Below, piece by piece: positions 1-9,200 of a stretch of 33,184 nt of DNA (positions are counted from its first letter, which is position 1; every line of letters starts with the position of its first letter). Source of the DNA: Thermoplasmata archaeon (GTDB lineage Archaea > Thermoplasmatota > SW-10-69-26 > JACQPN01 > JAJPHT01); contig JAXDQU010000117.1 of NCBI GenBank assembly GCA_034667685.1, forward strand, positions 1-33,184, written 5' to 3'. Below the pieces are notes generated by a model that saw nothing but the letters and a program-made list of their open reading frames with translations, was not told the origin of the DNA and made no database searches. Position numbers and translations under genes: made by a program.

Positions 1-2496
1 CTCCTCGACGTGGAGCGCGAAGCCCGCGCTTTGGCCCAGCGTCGTCGCGCCGCTCCACGCCGTCTCGCTCGTCGCGCCCGAGGCGTCGATGGCCGCGAAC
101 GTGAGCCCGTAGGCGCCCTGCCCGGTCCCGACGACCTGGACCTGGTAGTCTCCGTCCTGGAGCGCGGGGAGCGCGAACGTCGTCACGTCCGGCATCGGGG
201 GCCGCTCGCCCGACTCGTCCCCGATGCCCGCGTCGAGGCCGTACGACGCGCCGGGGATCTCGTCGAGGAGGTCGCCCGTCGCGGGGTCCACGCCCGTCCG
301 AGCGCCGTTGGGGTCCGTGACGAGGAACTGGACGGGCGAGTGGGCGCTCACCGTCCACGCGCTTCCCGTCGCCGCCCCCTCGTCGAGGATCACCACGACG
401 AGCGTGCCCGCCAGCCCCGCGATCGTCTCGCCCGGATAGGCTTGCGAGAAGAGCATGCCGCTGCGGTCCCGCGGGTCGCCCCAGCCCGGCGGGGACGCGT
501 AGCTTGGGTTCGCGGCGTGCTCGTTGGGGTCTAGGATCACGTAGTCCGGCGAGCCGTCGGCCGCGTCGGGACCCTTCGCCGTGAGCACGATCCAGTGCGC
601 GCCGTACGTGGGCTGCCAGGACGCGGCGTAGGGCAGGCGCCCGGCGGCGTCCCGGAGCGGCTCGAGGATCTTGACGATCGCGGGCGAGCCGCGCGCCAAG
701 GCCGCGTCGACGTCGGCAAGGCGCTTCGCCAGTGGCGCGCTCGCGGCGTCGTACGTGAGAGAGAATCCGAGGTCCTTCGCAGCGACGGTCCAGTAGAGGT
801 TGCACACCATCTCGCCGTCTGGCTCCTGGTACACGTCAAAGGCGTGGCGCTCCGCGAGGCGGCGGTCGAGGGTCCCGGGGTCCAGCGGCGCCGAGGTCCC
901 ATCGGCGAAGCCCAGTCTCGTCACGCCGTGCCACGCGAGCACGTCCGTCAGCGAGGTGAGCGCGCATCCGTACGCGGCGATCGTGCCGCAGCCCTGCGTC
1001 TGCGCGAGCGCGTCGCCCGGCCATGCGCTGGGCGCGGCCTCCCCCGCGAGGTTCCGGTTCTGCTTGAAGTCGAACTTCACGTCGCGGAATGCGCAGGTGA
1101 GCGTGGCGCCCGGCGAGAGGCGCACGCCGCTGCACCCTGGGCCCGACGAGCGCCATCCGACCTGGCTGATCTCCGTGACGGAGTACGTCTGCGACGGGTC
1201 GAGATCGGCGAAGTCGCACGTGGTCGCCCGCGAGGTGTCGATGGAGCAGGTGGCGCCGCCCGGCGAGAGGGCGTAGGTGAAGACGCTCTCGCCCAGCTCC
1301 GCGTCCTCGGCGACGCGGATCGTGGCCGGCGCGGGCGGCCCGAGCCCCAGCACGGGCACGGGCGTCGCGCGTGTCGTCGTGGTGCCGTCGCCGATCTGCC
1401 CGGCGTCGTTGCTTCCCCAGCAGCGCGCGCTGCCGTCTCGAAGGGTGGCGCACGAGGTATAGATGGAAGATGAGAGGCTGGTCGCGCCCGCGAGGCCCGC
1501 GACGGGGACGGGCGTGAGCCGGCGCGTCGTGGTCCCGTCGCCAAGGTTCCCGAAGAGGTTGTCGCCCCAGCAGGTCGCAGAGCCGTCCTGGAGCAGCGCG
1601 CAGACGTAGAGGCCCAGCGATCCGATCGAAGCGACGTGGGCGAGGCCCGGCACCGGCGCGGGCGTGGGGCGCGCGGCCGTGCTCGTGGTCCCGTCGCCCA
1701 TCTCCCCCTCCTCGTCGTTGCCCCAGCAATCGACGGTGGCGTCGGCGAGCACCGCGCACGTCCACTGGTAGCCGGCATGGATCTGGCGGAGCGAGGCGAG
1801 GCCCGCGACGGCGACGGGGCCGCGAGGCTTGCCGGTTGTGTCGTCACCCAGGTCGCCGTAGCCGTTGTCCCCCCAGCACGCGGCGGTCCCGTCCTGGAGC
1901 AGCGCGCAGGCGTGGAAGAGCCCCACGCTGAGGTCGGCGATGGGCCCGACGCCCTGGAGGAGAACGGGCGTCGTGCGCATGGTCTGCGTCCCGTCGCCCA
2001 GCTCGCCCAACGCGTTGCGTCCCCAGCAGCGCGCCGTCTGGTCCTGGAGCAGGGCGCACGTGCTCTCAAAGCCCGCGCTGAGCAGCTTGACGCCGGAGAG
2101 CCCTTGGACGGGGACGGGGGTCGAGCGATCCATCGTCGTGCCGTCTCCGAGCTCTCCTTCCAGGTTGCGGCCCCAGCACGAGACCGTACCGTCGGCATGG
2201 AGCGCGCACGTATGGTAGTACCCGGCCACGATCTGCACTGCGTCCGTCATCCCCGTGACGGGGCCCGGCCGCGTCTTGTAGCCCACGGAGGCGTCGCCTT
2301 GGATGCCATGCGAGCCGTCGCCCCAGCAGTCCACCGTCCCGTCCGCGAGCCGCGCGCAAGCATGATGCGCGCCTGTGACGACGTGCTCCGCGAGGGTGGA
2401 CGCGGCCCGGGCCGGCGCCAGGCCGATCCAGCACGAGGCCACGAGAGAGACCACGAGCAGGAGCGATGAGCTCCGTCCACGCAAGCCCTGGGGCAT
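1..2496 (-). CDS. Secreted RCC1-repeat (7-blade propeller) protein with a C39-like cysteine peptidase domain; 3' end runs off the window
   Basis: Hand translation from ATG at 2496: signal peptide MPQGLRGRSSSLLLVVSLVASCWIGLAPARA, then seven repeats of the form H.CA.L.DGT..CWG.N..G.LG.G. These are followed by FKQN...W...TIAAYGCALTSLTDVL...GSPAIV...HWIVLT...DYVILDP and a C-terminal SAHSPVQFLVTDPNGARTG domain. No stop seen in the stretches translated; missing from the ORF track, presumably because it is open-ended. Confidence 0.88.
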   Translation of the reverse strand, partial: MPQGLRGRSSSLLLVVSLVASCWIGLAPARAASTLAEHVVTGAHHACARLADGTVDCWGDGSHGIQGDASVGYKTRPGPVTGMTDAVQIVAGYYHTCALHADGTVSCWGRNLEGELGDGTTMDRSTPVPVQGLSGVKLLSAGFESTCALLQDQTARCWGRNALGELGDGTQTMRTTPVLLQGVGPIADLSVGLFHACALLQDGTAACWGDNGYGDLGDDTTGKPRGPVAVAGLASLRQIHAGYQWTCAVLADATVDCWGNDEEGEMGDGTTSTAARPTPAPVPGLAHVASIGSLGLYVCALLQDGSATCWGDNLFGNLGDGTTTRRLTPVPVAGLAGATSLSSSIYTSCATLRDGSARCWGSNDAGQIGDGTTTTRATPVPVLGLGPPAPATIRVAEDAELGESVFTYALSPGGATCSIDTSRATTCDFADLDPSQTYSVTEISQVGWRSSGPGCSGVRLSPGATLTCAFRDVKFDFKQNRNLAGEAAPSAWPGDALAQTQGCGTIAAYGCALTSLTDVLAWHGVTRLGFADGTSAPLDPGTLDRRLAERHAFDVYQEPDGEMVCNLYWTVAAKDLGFSLTYDAASAPLAKRLADVDAALARGSPAIVKILEPLRDAAGRLPYAASWQPTYGAHWIVLTAKGPDAADGSPDYVILDPNEHAANPSYASPPGWGDPRDRSGMLFSQAYPGETIAGLAGTLVVVILDEGAATGSAWTVSAHSPVQFLVTDPNGARTGVDPATGDLLDEIPGASYGLDAGIGDESGERPPMPDVTTFALPALQDGDYQVQVVGTGQGAYGLTFAAIDASGATSETAWSGATTLGQSAGFALHVEE
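1330..2390 (-). repeat. Seven RCC1-like repeats (~150 bp period)
   Basis: CWG-encoding motif (plus-strand ccccagca) at 1415, 1565, 1721, 1871, 2021, 2171 and 2321. Confidence 0.9.
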
Positions 2497-2632
2497 TTGT
2501 TAGCTCTCCGCGTCCGCAGGCGGCGCCCCAGATATGATCGTTCTCGTGAGGCCACGCACGATTCAGTCGACTCGGCCACCGCCCTTCGATCGTGCCCCTA
2601 TCTTCATGCGGTCGCCCCCCATCCAAAGGGTC

Positions 2633-3829
2633 GTGCCCAACGCCATCGTGCTCGCCGCGGGCGAGGGCAAGCGCATGCGCCCCCTGACGGCGAACCGCCC
2701 CAAGGTCCTGCTCCCCGCGGGCCCCGAGCCGCTGCTCCACCGGCTGATCCGCCAGCTCGCGGCGGCGGGCGTCCGTGATCTCGTCGTCGTCACGCACCAC
2801 AAGGCCGAGCAGGTGCGGGCCAGCGTGGGCGACGGGAGCCGCTGGGGCGCCTCCGTGCAGTACGCGGACCAGGGCGCCGCGCGCGGCACGGGGCACGCGG
2901 TCGCGGCCGCGAAGCCCCCGCACGACGAGCCCTTCCTCATCCTCAACGGCGACGTGTTCCTGCGCGACGCCGACGTCAGGCGCGTCGTCGAGAGCGGGCC
3001 CGGCAGCCTCGCCGCGGCGCACGTGGAGCGCCCGCAGGCCTACGGCGTCCTGGAGCTGCGCGAGGGGCGCGCGGTCCGCGTCGTGGAGAAGAGCGCGGCG
3101 CCGCCCACGAACCTCGCGAACGCGGGCGTCTACCATGCGCCCGCCGGCTTCGCGCGCCTCGTCGAGGCGCTCTCGCCCTCGCCGCGCGGCGAGCTGGAGC
3201 TGACCGACGCGCTCCAGGCCAGCTTCGAGGAGCGCCCCTGGAAGGTCGTCGAGGTGCAGGACTGGCTCGACGTGGGTCGCCCGTGGGACCTGCTCGCCGC
3301 CGCCGAGCGCGCGCTCGCCGAGTGGCCCGAGACGCGCGAGGGCACGATCGAAGCGGGCGCCACGCTGCACGGCAAGGTCATCGTCGCCCCGGGCGCCACC
3401 ATCAAGGCCGGCGCGTACGTCGAGGGCCCGGTCTACGTCGGGCCCAACGCCACGGTCGGTCCGAACTGTTACCTGCGGCCCAACACCGTCCTCCTGGAGG
3501 GCGCGAAGGTGGGCAACGCCTGCGAGATCAAGGCGAGCCTCCTCATGGCGGGCGCGCACGCGGCGCACCTCTCCTACGTGGGCGATAGCGTGCTGGGCGA
3601 GCGCGCGAACCTCGGCGCGGGGACGCTCGTCGCGAACCTGCGCCACGACGGCAAGCCCATCAAGGTCACGCACCTGGGCGAGCGCGTCGAGACGGGCCGC
3701 CGGAAGCTCGGCGTCGTCCTGGGCGACGACGTGCACACCGGCATCAACACGACGCTGAACCTCGGGGTCATGCTCCCCGCCGGGGATAGCACGATGCCCG
3801 GCGAGGTCGTCATGACCACGAGGGTGTGA
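2633..3829 (+). CDS. glmU: Bifunctional sugar-1-phosphate nucleotidylyltransferase/acetyltransferase (archaeal GlmU type)
   Basis: AIVLAAGEGKRMRPLT..RPKVLLP, GTGHAV, LNGD, SPRGELELTDA and WLDVGRPWDLL motifs, followed by hexapeptide repeats and HLSYVGDS..G...NLGAGT..ANLRHD...TGRRKLG. GTG 2633 chosen because TTCATGC lies 24-30 nt upstream; ATG 2606 is an alternative. Confidence 0.93.
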   Translation: MPNAIVLAAGEGKRMRPLTANRPKVLLPAGPEPLLHRLIRQLAAAGVRDLVVVTHHKAEQVRASVGDGSRWGASVQYADQGAARGTGHAVAAAKPPHDEPFLILNGDVFLRDADVRRVVESGPGSLAAAHVERPQAYGVLELREGRAVRVVEKSAAPPTNLANAGVYHAPAGFARLVEALSPSPRGELELTDALQASFEERPWKVVEVQDWLDVGRPWDLLAAAERALAEWPETREGTIEAGATLHGKVIVAPGATIKAGAYVEGPVYVGPNATVGPNCYLRPNTVLLEGAKVGNACEIKASLLMAGAHAAHLSYVGDSVLGERANLGAGTLVANLRHDGKPIKVTHLGERVETGRRKLGVVLGDDVHTGINTTLNLGVMLPAGDSTMPGEVVMTTRV

Positions 3830-3831
3830 GG

Positions 3832-4023
3832 ATGGATGGCCTCATGACGGTCCAGGAGGACATCCGCGCCATCGCGGGCGCGCTCGTGCGCCTGCGCATC
3901 CGCCTGCTCACGCTGCGCGACGAGGAGGGCGCGACGTACGCCCTCGACGCGATGCTGGAGGCCTCCGACCACATGACGGAGCGGCTCGCCGATCTCTTTG
4001 AGCTGGGCTTCGAGCCGGCATAG
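3832..4023 (+). CDS. Small hypothetical helical protein (63 aa)
   Basis: ATG 2 nt after the glmU stop, host-like codon usage, amphipathic sequence MDGLMTVQEDIRAIAGALVRLRIRLLTLRDEEGATYALDAMLEASDHMTERLADLFELGFEPA. Confidence 0.65.
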   Translation: MDGLMTVQEDIRAIAGALVRLRIRLLTLRDEEGATYALDAMLEASDHMTERLADLFELGFEPA

Positions 4024-4061
4024 AGCGCGGTTCAGAGCCTCGCCCCCATCGCTTCGCTGGC

Positions 4062-4153
4062 CGCCAGGACGCCAACACGCCAGCACGCTGTCGTGTCGCG
4101 TCCGGACGCCGCCGGGCGACTTGGCGTGTTGGCGTCCTGGCGTGCTGGCGGCA
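4062..4153. repeat. Perfect 21-bp inverted repeat built of 8-bp tandem units (CGCCAnnA)
   Basis: cgccaggacgccaacacgcca (4062-4082) is the exact reverse complement of tggcgtgttggcgtcctggcg (4122-4142); three 8-mers on the left, four inverted on the right. Confidence 0.9.
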
Positions 4154-4248
4154 AGCGAAGCGCGGCGAAAAGGGCCCATGCTCACCGCGGCGGAATGGGC
4201 CTCGCTCCACGTCCCCACGATCGAGGGTGGTGAAACGCGAAACAGCTT

Positions 4249-4416
4249 CTAGGCCTCGACGCCCACGCGCGCGTGCGCCGCGATCCGGCCCAGCAGGCGC
4301 CCGCACCGCGCGCACGAGGACTCCACGAACGCATGCGTGGCGCTCTGGAGCACGACGTCGTGGCCGCAGACAGGGCACATGCGCACGGGGTTCCCTTCTC
4401 GGGCCTGAAGGCCCAC
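4249..4416 (-). CDS. Small CPxCG-type zinc-finger protein (55 aa)
   Basis: Hand translation: MGLQAREGNPVRMCPVCGHDVVLQSATHAFVESSCARCGRLLGRIAAHARVGVEA*; GGAGG ends 4 nt before the GTG; two CxxCG knuckles. Alternative ATG at 4380. Confidence 0.75.
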   Translation of the reverse strand: MGLQAREGNPVRMCPVCGHDVVLQSATHAFVESSCARCGRLLGRIAAHARVGVEA

Positions 4417-4469
4417 GGATCCTCCCCAGGGGCGTTCCCCGCTCCCTTTTTCTGGAACGAACCCCGGCG

Positions 4470-4476
4470 TTCAAGA
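4470..4476 (+). promoter_or_regulatory. TATA-like box (TTCAAGA) for a leaderless gene at 4500
   Basis: AT-rich heptamer 24-30 nt upstream of GTG 4500; same spacing as at 2603, 22501 and 24448. Confidence 0.5.
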
Positions 4477-4499
4477 GCCAAGGCCCCCCTCGCGCCCCC

Positions 4500-6206
4500 G
4501 TGCTCGGGGACCTCGCGGTGGCGATCCTCCCGCTCTTCTTCGGCCTGCCCGGCCTGCTCGCCCTGCTGCCGCTCACGCCGGGCTGGGGCTGGCTCCCGCG
4601 CGCCGCCGTGGGCGTCGCCCTGGGCATGGCCGAGGTCGTCCTCCTGGCCTGGGGCGGCAACGCGCTCCTGGGCCTGCCGCTCGACGCGCGCCTCGCGTGG
4701 GGCGCGTGGGCGCTCGCGACGCTCGCCGGCGCCGCGGCCGCGTGGGCGGGCCGGCGCGCGTGGATGCCCCTCGCGCGGCCGCGCCTCCGCTGGCGCCACG
4801 CGGCCCTCGCGCTGATCCTGGTGAGCGCGACGCTCCTCGTCACGAGGCCGCACTGGGGCTACGCGCTGCCGCTGCACCAGGACGAGTGGGGGCACCTCTC
4901 CGCCGCCAAGGCGATGGTCGACCAGGCGCGCGTCCGGATCCTCGACCCGCACTATGGCCTCTGGGTCGTGCCGCAGGACGCCGAGGTCGCCTTCCACGTC
5001 GCGCTCGCGATCTCGCAGCTCGCCACCGGCGCGGGCTGGATCGCGCTGATGCTATCATGGCCCGCGATGGTCATGGCGCTCCTCGTCGTCACCGCCTTCT
5101 GCGCCGGCGAGCGCGAGGGGTACGGCGTCGAGGCGGCGCTGCTCGTCGCGCTGCTCCCGACGAGCCTGCGCGTGCTGGGCCCGCAGTACGTCGTGCCGCT
5201 CGCGCTGGGCCTCGTCTTCATCCCCGCGACGTTCCTCCTCTTCGCGGGCCCCCATCCGCGCCGCGCGATGCCGATGGTCGCGCTGATGATGGTCTTCCTC
5301 TTCTTCGCGCACCCGCAGAGCGCCGCCGCCGCGGGCATCCTCATGGGCACGTATGCGGTGCTCACTGCGAGGGCGCGCCCCTGGCGCGCGGCCGCGCTGC
5401 TGGCGCTCGCGCTCTTCCCGTTCGTCGCGGGCACGCTCCTCTTCCCCAAGATCACGGGCAGCGACGACGTGCTCCAGGCCACGAGCAACCTCCCCGTGCC
5501 GGAGTTCCTCTCGCTCTTCGGCTGGGCGCCCATGCTGCTCTTCCTCGCGGGCGCGTTCGCCACGTTCCTCGCGCCAAGCTCCGAGCGCCTCGCGTGGGTC
5601 GCCACGAGCTTCGCGCACCTGCTCCTGATCGTCCTCTTCCTTCTCTTCCACGTGGGCCAGAGCAACCTCTTCGACCGCGCGTGGATGCACGGCATGCTGA
5701 CCATGAGCATGACCGGCGGCTACGCGCTCCACCTGCTGCGCGCGCGGCTGCCGCTGCCGACGCTCACGCGCGCCGGCGTCGCGCTCCTGGCCGCGCTCCT
5801 CGTCGTGGGGCTCGCGGTCCCCGCGCAGGCCGCGCGCGAGGCGGAGGGCTACCACGTGCTATCACCGGACGACTACGCGACCGCGCTGTGGGTGCGCGAC
5901 CACGTCCCGCCCGAGGGGCAGCGCGCGCTCGTCGATCCCTGGCAGGGCGACGCGTGGAGCACGGTCGCCGGCATCCACGTCGTCGCCGCGCAGCCCCTGG
6001 GCGTCGACTCGGGCGGCCTGCGGAGCGCGCCCTACGGGAGCGCCACGGCCGCGCTGCGCCTCCTGGAGAAGAACGCGAGCGACGAGCGCACGCTCCAGCG
6101 GCTCAACGTCACGCTGATCGTGACGGACCGGCACGTGGAGAACCAGAACTTCACGCAGGCGCATCCGGGCGTGTGGGCCCGGGTGCGGCCTGCGCTCAGG
6201 TCGTGA
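4500..6206 (+). CDS. Polytopic membrane protein, GT-C-fold-like (putative lipid-linked sugar glycosyltransferase)
   Basis: More than 10 hydrophobic segments; acidic LHQDEWGH motif in an early external loop; C-terminal soluble domain DDYATALWVRDHVP...LVDPWQG. The ORF-track extension 4227-4499 is Arg/Pro-rich and overlaps the zinc-finger gene, so GTG 4500 is preferred. Confidence 0.7.
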   Translation: MLGDLAVAILPLFFGLPGLLALLPLTPGWGWLPRAAVGVALGMAEVVLLAWGGNALLGLPLDARLAWGAWALATLAGAAAAWAGRRAWMPLARPRLRWRHAALALILVSATLLVTRPHWGYALPLHQDEWGHLSAAKAMVDQARVRILDPHYGLWVVPQDAEVAFHVALAISQLATGAGWIALMLSWPAMVMALLVVTAFCAGEREGYGVEAALLVALLPTSLRVLGPQYVVPLALGLVFIPATFLLFAGPHPRRAMPMVALMMVFLFFAHPQSAAAAGILMGTYAVLTARARPWRAAALLALALFPFVAGTLLFPKITGSDDVLQATSNLPVPEFLSLFGWAPMLLFLAGAFATFLAPSSERLAWVATSFAHLLLIVLFLLFHVGQSNLFDRAWMHGMLTMSMTGGYALHLLRARLPLPTLTRAGVALLAALLVVGLAVPAQAAREAEGYHVLSPDDYATALWVRDHVPPEGQRALVDPWQGDAWSTVAGIHVVAAQPLGVDSGGLRSAPYGSATAALRLLEKNASDERTLQRLNVTLIVTDRHVENQNFTQAHPGVWARVRPALRS

Positions 6207-9200
6207 CGCCGAAGCCGAGGCCGCCCACGAGGACGTGCTGCGCGACGTCCGCCGCGTCGTTGGCGAGGCTGCGCTGCGCGTCGGGGACGAAGGCGCGCGC
6301 GGTGAGCGTCACGTCGCCCACCGTCCCCGTCGTGTCCCAGACGATCACCACCTCGGCCGAGCCGCCCGGCGCCAGTGCGGGGAGCGCCGCGTCGCCCACG
6401 AGCCGCGTCGTGGACCCGGCGCGCATCGTGAGCATCACCGAGCCCGCGGTCGTCGCCGAGGCGCCCAGGTTGTGGACGACGACGTGGACGAGCCGGTGCT
6501 CCGTGACGCAGTTGGGCACGCTGCCGAAGTCCGTCTCGATCGGCGCGCGCTCCACCGTGATATCGGCGGGCGCGATCGCGGCGTCCGCGCGGTTGTCGAT
6601 CGTGAGCGCGAGGAGCGCGCCGGTCTGCCGGCCTGCGTCGTCGGTCGCGCGCACGAAAAGGGTGGCCGCGCCGCGCGGACCGGCTGCCCGCGCGTCGTAG
6701 GTGAAGCTCCAGCTCTCCAGGCCGAACGCGGTCTGCATCGCGCCGCCCGAGGACCACTCGACGCGCGCGACGTGGCCCTGCGGCGCGAACGCGCGGCCCG
6801 AGACCGCGACGAGCCCGCCCACCGTCGAGCGGTTGCCGGGCGCGTCGATCGCGAGGGCGGGGGGCGCGCCGTTCGCCGTGCGGACCTGCACGAGCGCGAC
6901 CGGCGAGACGAGGCCGTCCTGCGTGGCGCGCGCCGCGAGGTCGTGCACGCCGTCCGCGAGCGCGGCGGTGTCCACGTAGCGGAGCCACGACGCATCGCCC
7001 GAGACGGGCTGCCAAGCGCCCTCGTCCGCGCGCAGCTCGACCACGAGCGGCCCGCTGCCGGAGCCCTGCGCCGCGCCCTCGACGAGGACGACGCCCGCCT
7101 CCACCGCGAGGAAGCCGGGCGCGAGGATCGACACGCGGGGCGCGTTCGCGACGAGGATCGTCTCCTGCGTCGTGGCGCGGTTGCCCGCGTCGTCGGTCGC
7201 GCGCGCCGCGAGCGTGTGCTCGCCGTTCCGCAGGCCGGAGACGTCGAGCGCCGTGGACCACGGGCCCGTGCCGTTCGCGGCCCGCCACGCGCCCGCGTCG
7301 AGGCTGATCTCGACGGACGCGATGCTCCCCTCGGCCTGCGAGGCTTCGCCGCCCACGAGGAAGCGTCCCTGCACGCTCTCGCCCGCCGCGGGCGAGGTGA
7401 TCGCGATCGCGGGCGGCGCGTTGCGCGCGACGACCTGGATCGCGTCGATCGTGGAGCCGAGCTCGCCGTCGGTGGCCTGCGCCTCGATCTCGTGCGCGCC
7501 ATCGCGGAGCGTGGTCGTGTCGAGAAGGAACGTCCAGCCCTCCGCGCCGTTCGCGCCCTGCCACGCGCCGCCGTCGACGCGCACGCGCACCGCGACGGGC
7601 TGGCCGTCGGGGTCGGAGGCGTTGCCCGCGATCGTCGCGACGCCGCGCACGATGCTGCCGGAGGCGGGCGAGACGATCACGACCGTGGGCGCGCGGTCGA
7701 CGAACGGCGGCACGACGTCGAAACTCGCGCTGCTTTGCAGGTCGCCCAGCGTCGCGACGACCTGGTAGGAGCCCGCGGGAAGGCCGGAGACGACGACGTT
7801 CCCCTCCGCGTCGGTGACGAGGCTCGCGACGGTCGTCGCGCCCTGCATGATGGCGACGGACGCGCCCGCGACGGGCTGGCCCACCTGCGCGACGTGGATG
7901 GTGACCGGGTCGCCCACGGTGACCTGCGCGGCGGATGGCGTGACCGCGAGGCGGGGGGACGTCACCTGGAGGCGCGCGAGCGCGTACGAGGCCTGGCCGC
8001 CACCGGGGGGCTGTACGCGCGCCTGGAGGATCACGCTCTGCATGGCTTGGGACGTGACGTTCAGGTCGTAGACGCCGCCCTGGCCGAGGCCGGGGGCGCC
8101 CGTGCCGTGGATGCCGGCGCCCAGGCACGCGCTGCCCGCAAGGTTCGACAGCGAGGTCGTGCCGTCCTCGTAGATGCAGGTGACCTGCGCGGTCGTCACG
8201 AGGTTGCCGAACGGGTCCTCTACGCTCGCCGTGAAGAGCGCCGCCTCGTCCTGCGGGATCGCGGGCGTCGAGAGCGCGAGCGCCGCGCCGCCGCTCGTGG
8301 GGACCGTGACGTTCCCCCAGCCCACGCCGGGCCAATCCACGTCGAAGACGACGTTGCCGCTGCCGGTCGGGACCACGTTGTAGATGGTCACGATGCCGGC
8401 CGTCGCGTCGTACGTCATGTAGTTGTAAGCGCCCCGGGTGTTGCCCGCGGGCGTGCCGACGAGGCCCGGGTTGGCGCCGGTGAGCACCGCGCCGCTGACC
8501 GTGACGTTCTCGACGTAGTTGGATTCGTCCGTCGTCGTCGGGGCCGCGCCGCCGGCGTTCAGGTTCCGGCAGTCGCTCCGCGCGAGCGCCTGGCCGCCAT
8601 CCGCATCGCTCTCGCAGAGCGGGTGCGAGAAGACGCTGGAGCCGGTGACGTTGAGCGCGAGCGTGTGGGTCTGGAGCGCGTTCTGCGCCGTGGGGAGCAC
8701 CGCGAGCGAGCCAGCGGCCCCGCCGTTCTCCGTCAGGGCGAGGCGCACCCAGGTGTACGATACGTCCACCGAGGCGCTTGCCTGCGCGCTCTGCCCGTCG
8801 CTCTGCGCCACGCTCAACGTCGCGACGTGGGGGCCGGCGCCGTACGTGTGCCTCAGGAACGAGGGGGGCAAGTCGGTGCCGGAGGCCGGGCCGCTCCCGT
8901 CGCCGAAGTCGAGCGACCACGACGCCAGGCCGCACATCGAGTCGGCGAATCCCCGGAGCGAGAAGCCAGCCGCGTAGGGCGCCTCGCCACGCTGCGAGAA
9001 GGGCGACAGGACCGCGTAGGGCGCGCCGCAGGACGGAGGGGGCTGCGTCGCGATGCAGGTGCCCGACGTCGCCGAGGTGAGCAGGGAGCACGTGCCCATC
9101 GCGCTGGAGGACGCCGTGGTGCCGCTCGTCGCGCTGCATTGGAGGTTGGCCTGGCAGCCCGCGTCCGCGCCGCCGCAGGTTCCCTCGACGCTCGGATAGT

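Noticed and set aside
836-2198. Minus-strand ORFs 836..1765 and 1077..2198 as frameshifted pieces of an RCC1 gene
   Set aside because: The third minus frame (start 2496) carries all the repeats continuously, so no frameshift is needed.
4062-4153. CRISPR array or IS terminal inverted repeats
   Set aside because: Units are 8 bp without spacers, and no cas or transposase gene is present in the window.
4178-4252. 24-aa plus-strand peptide MLTAAEWASLHVPTIEGGETRNSF
   Set aside because: Too short, with no motif or clear ribosome-binding site; it cannot be distinguished from chance.
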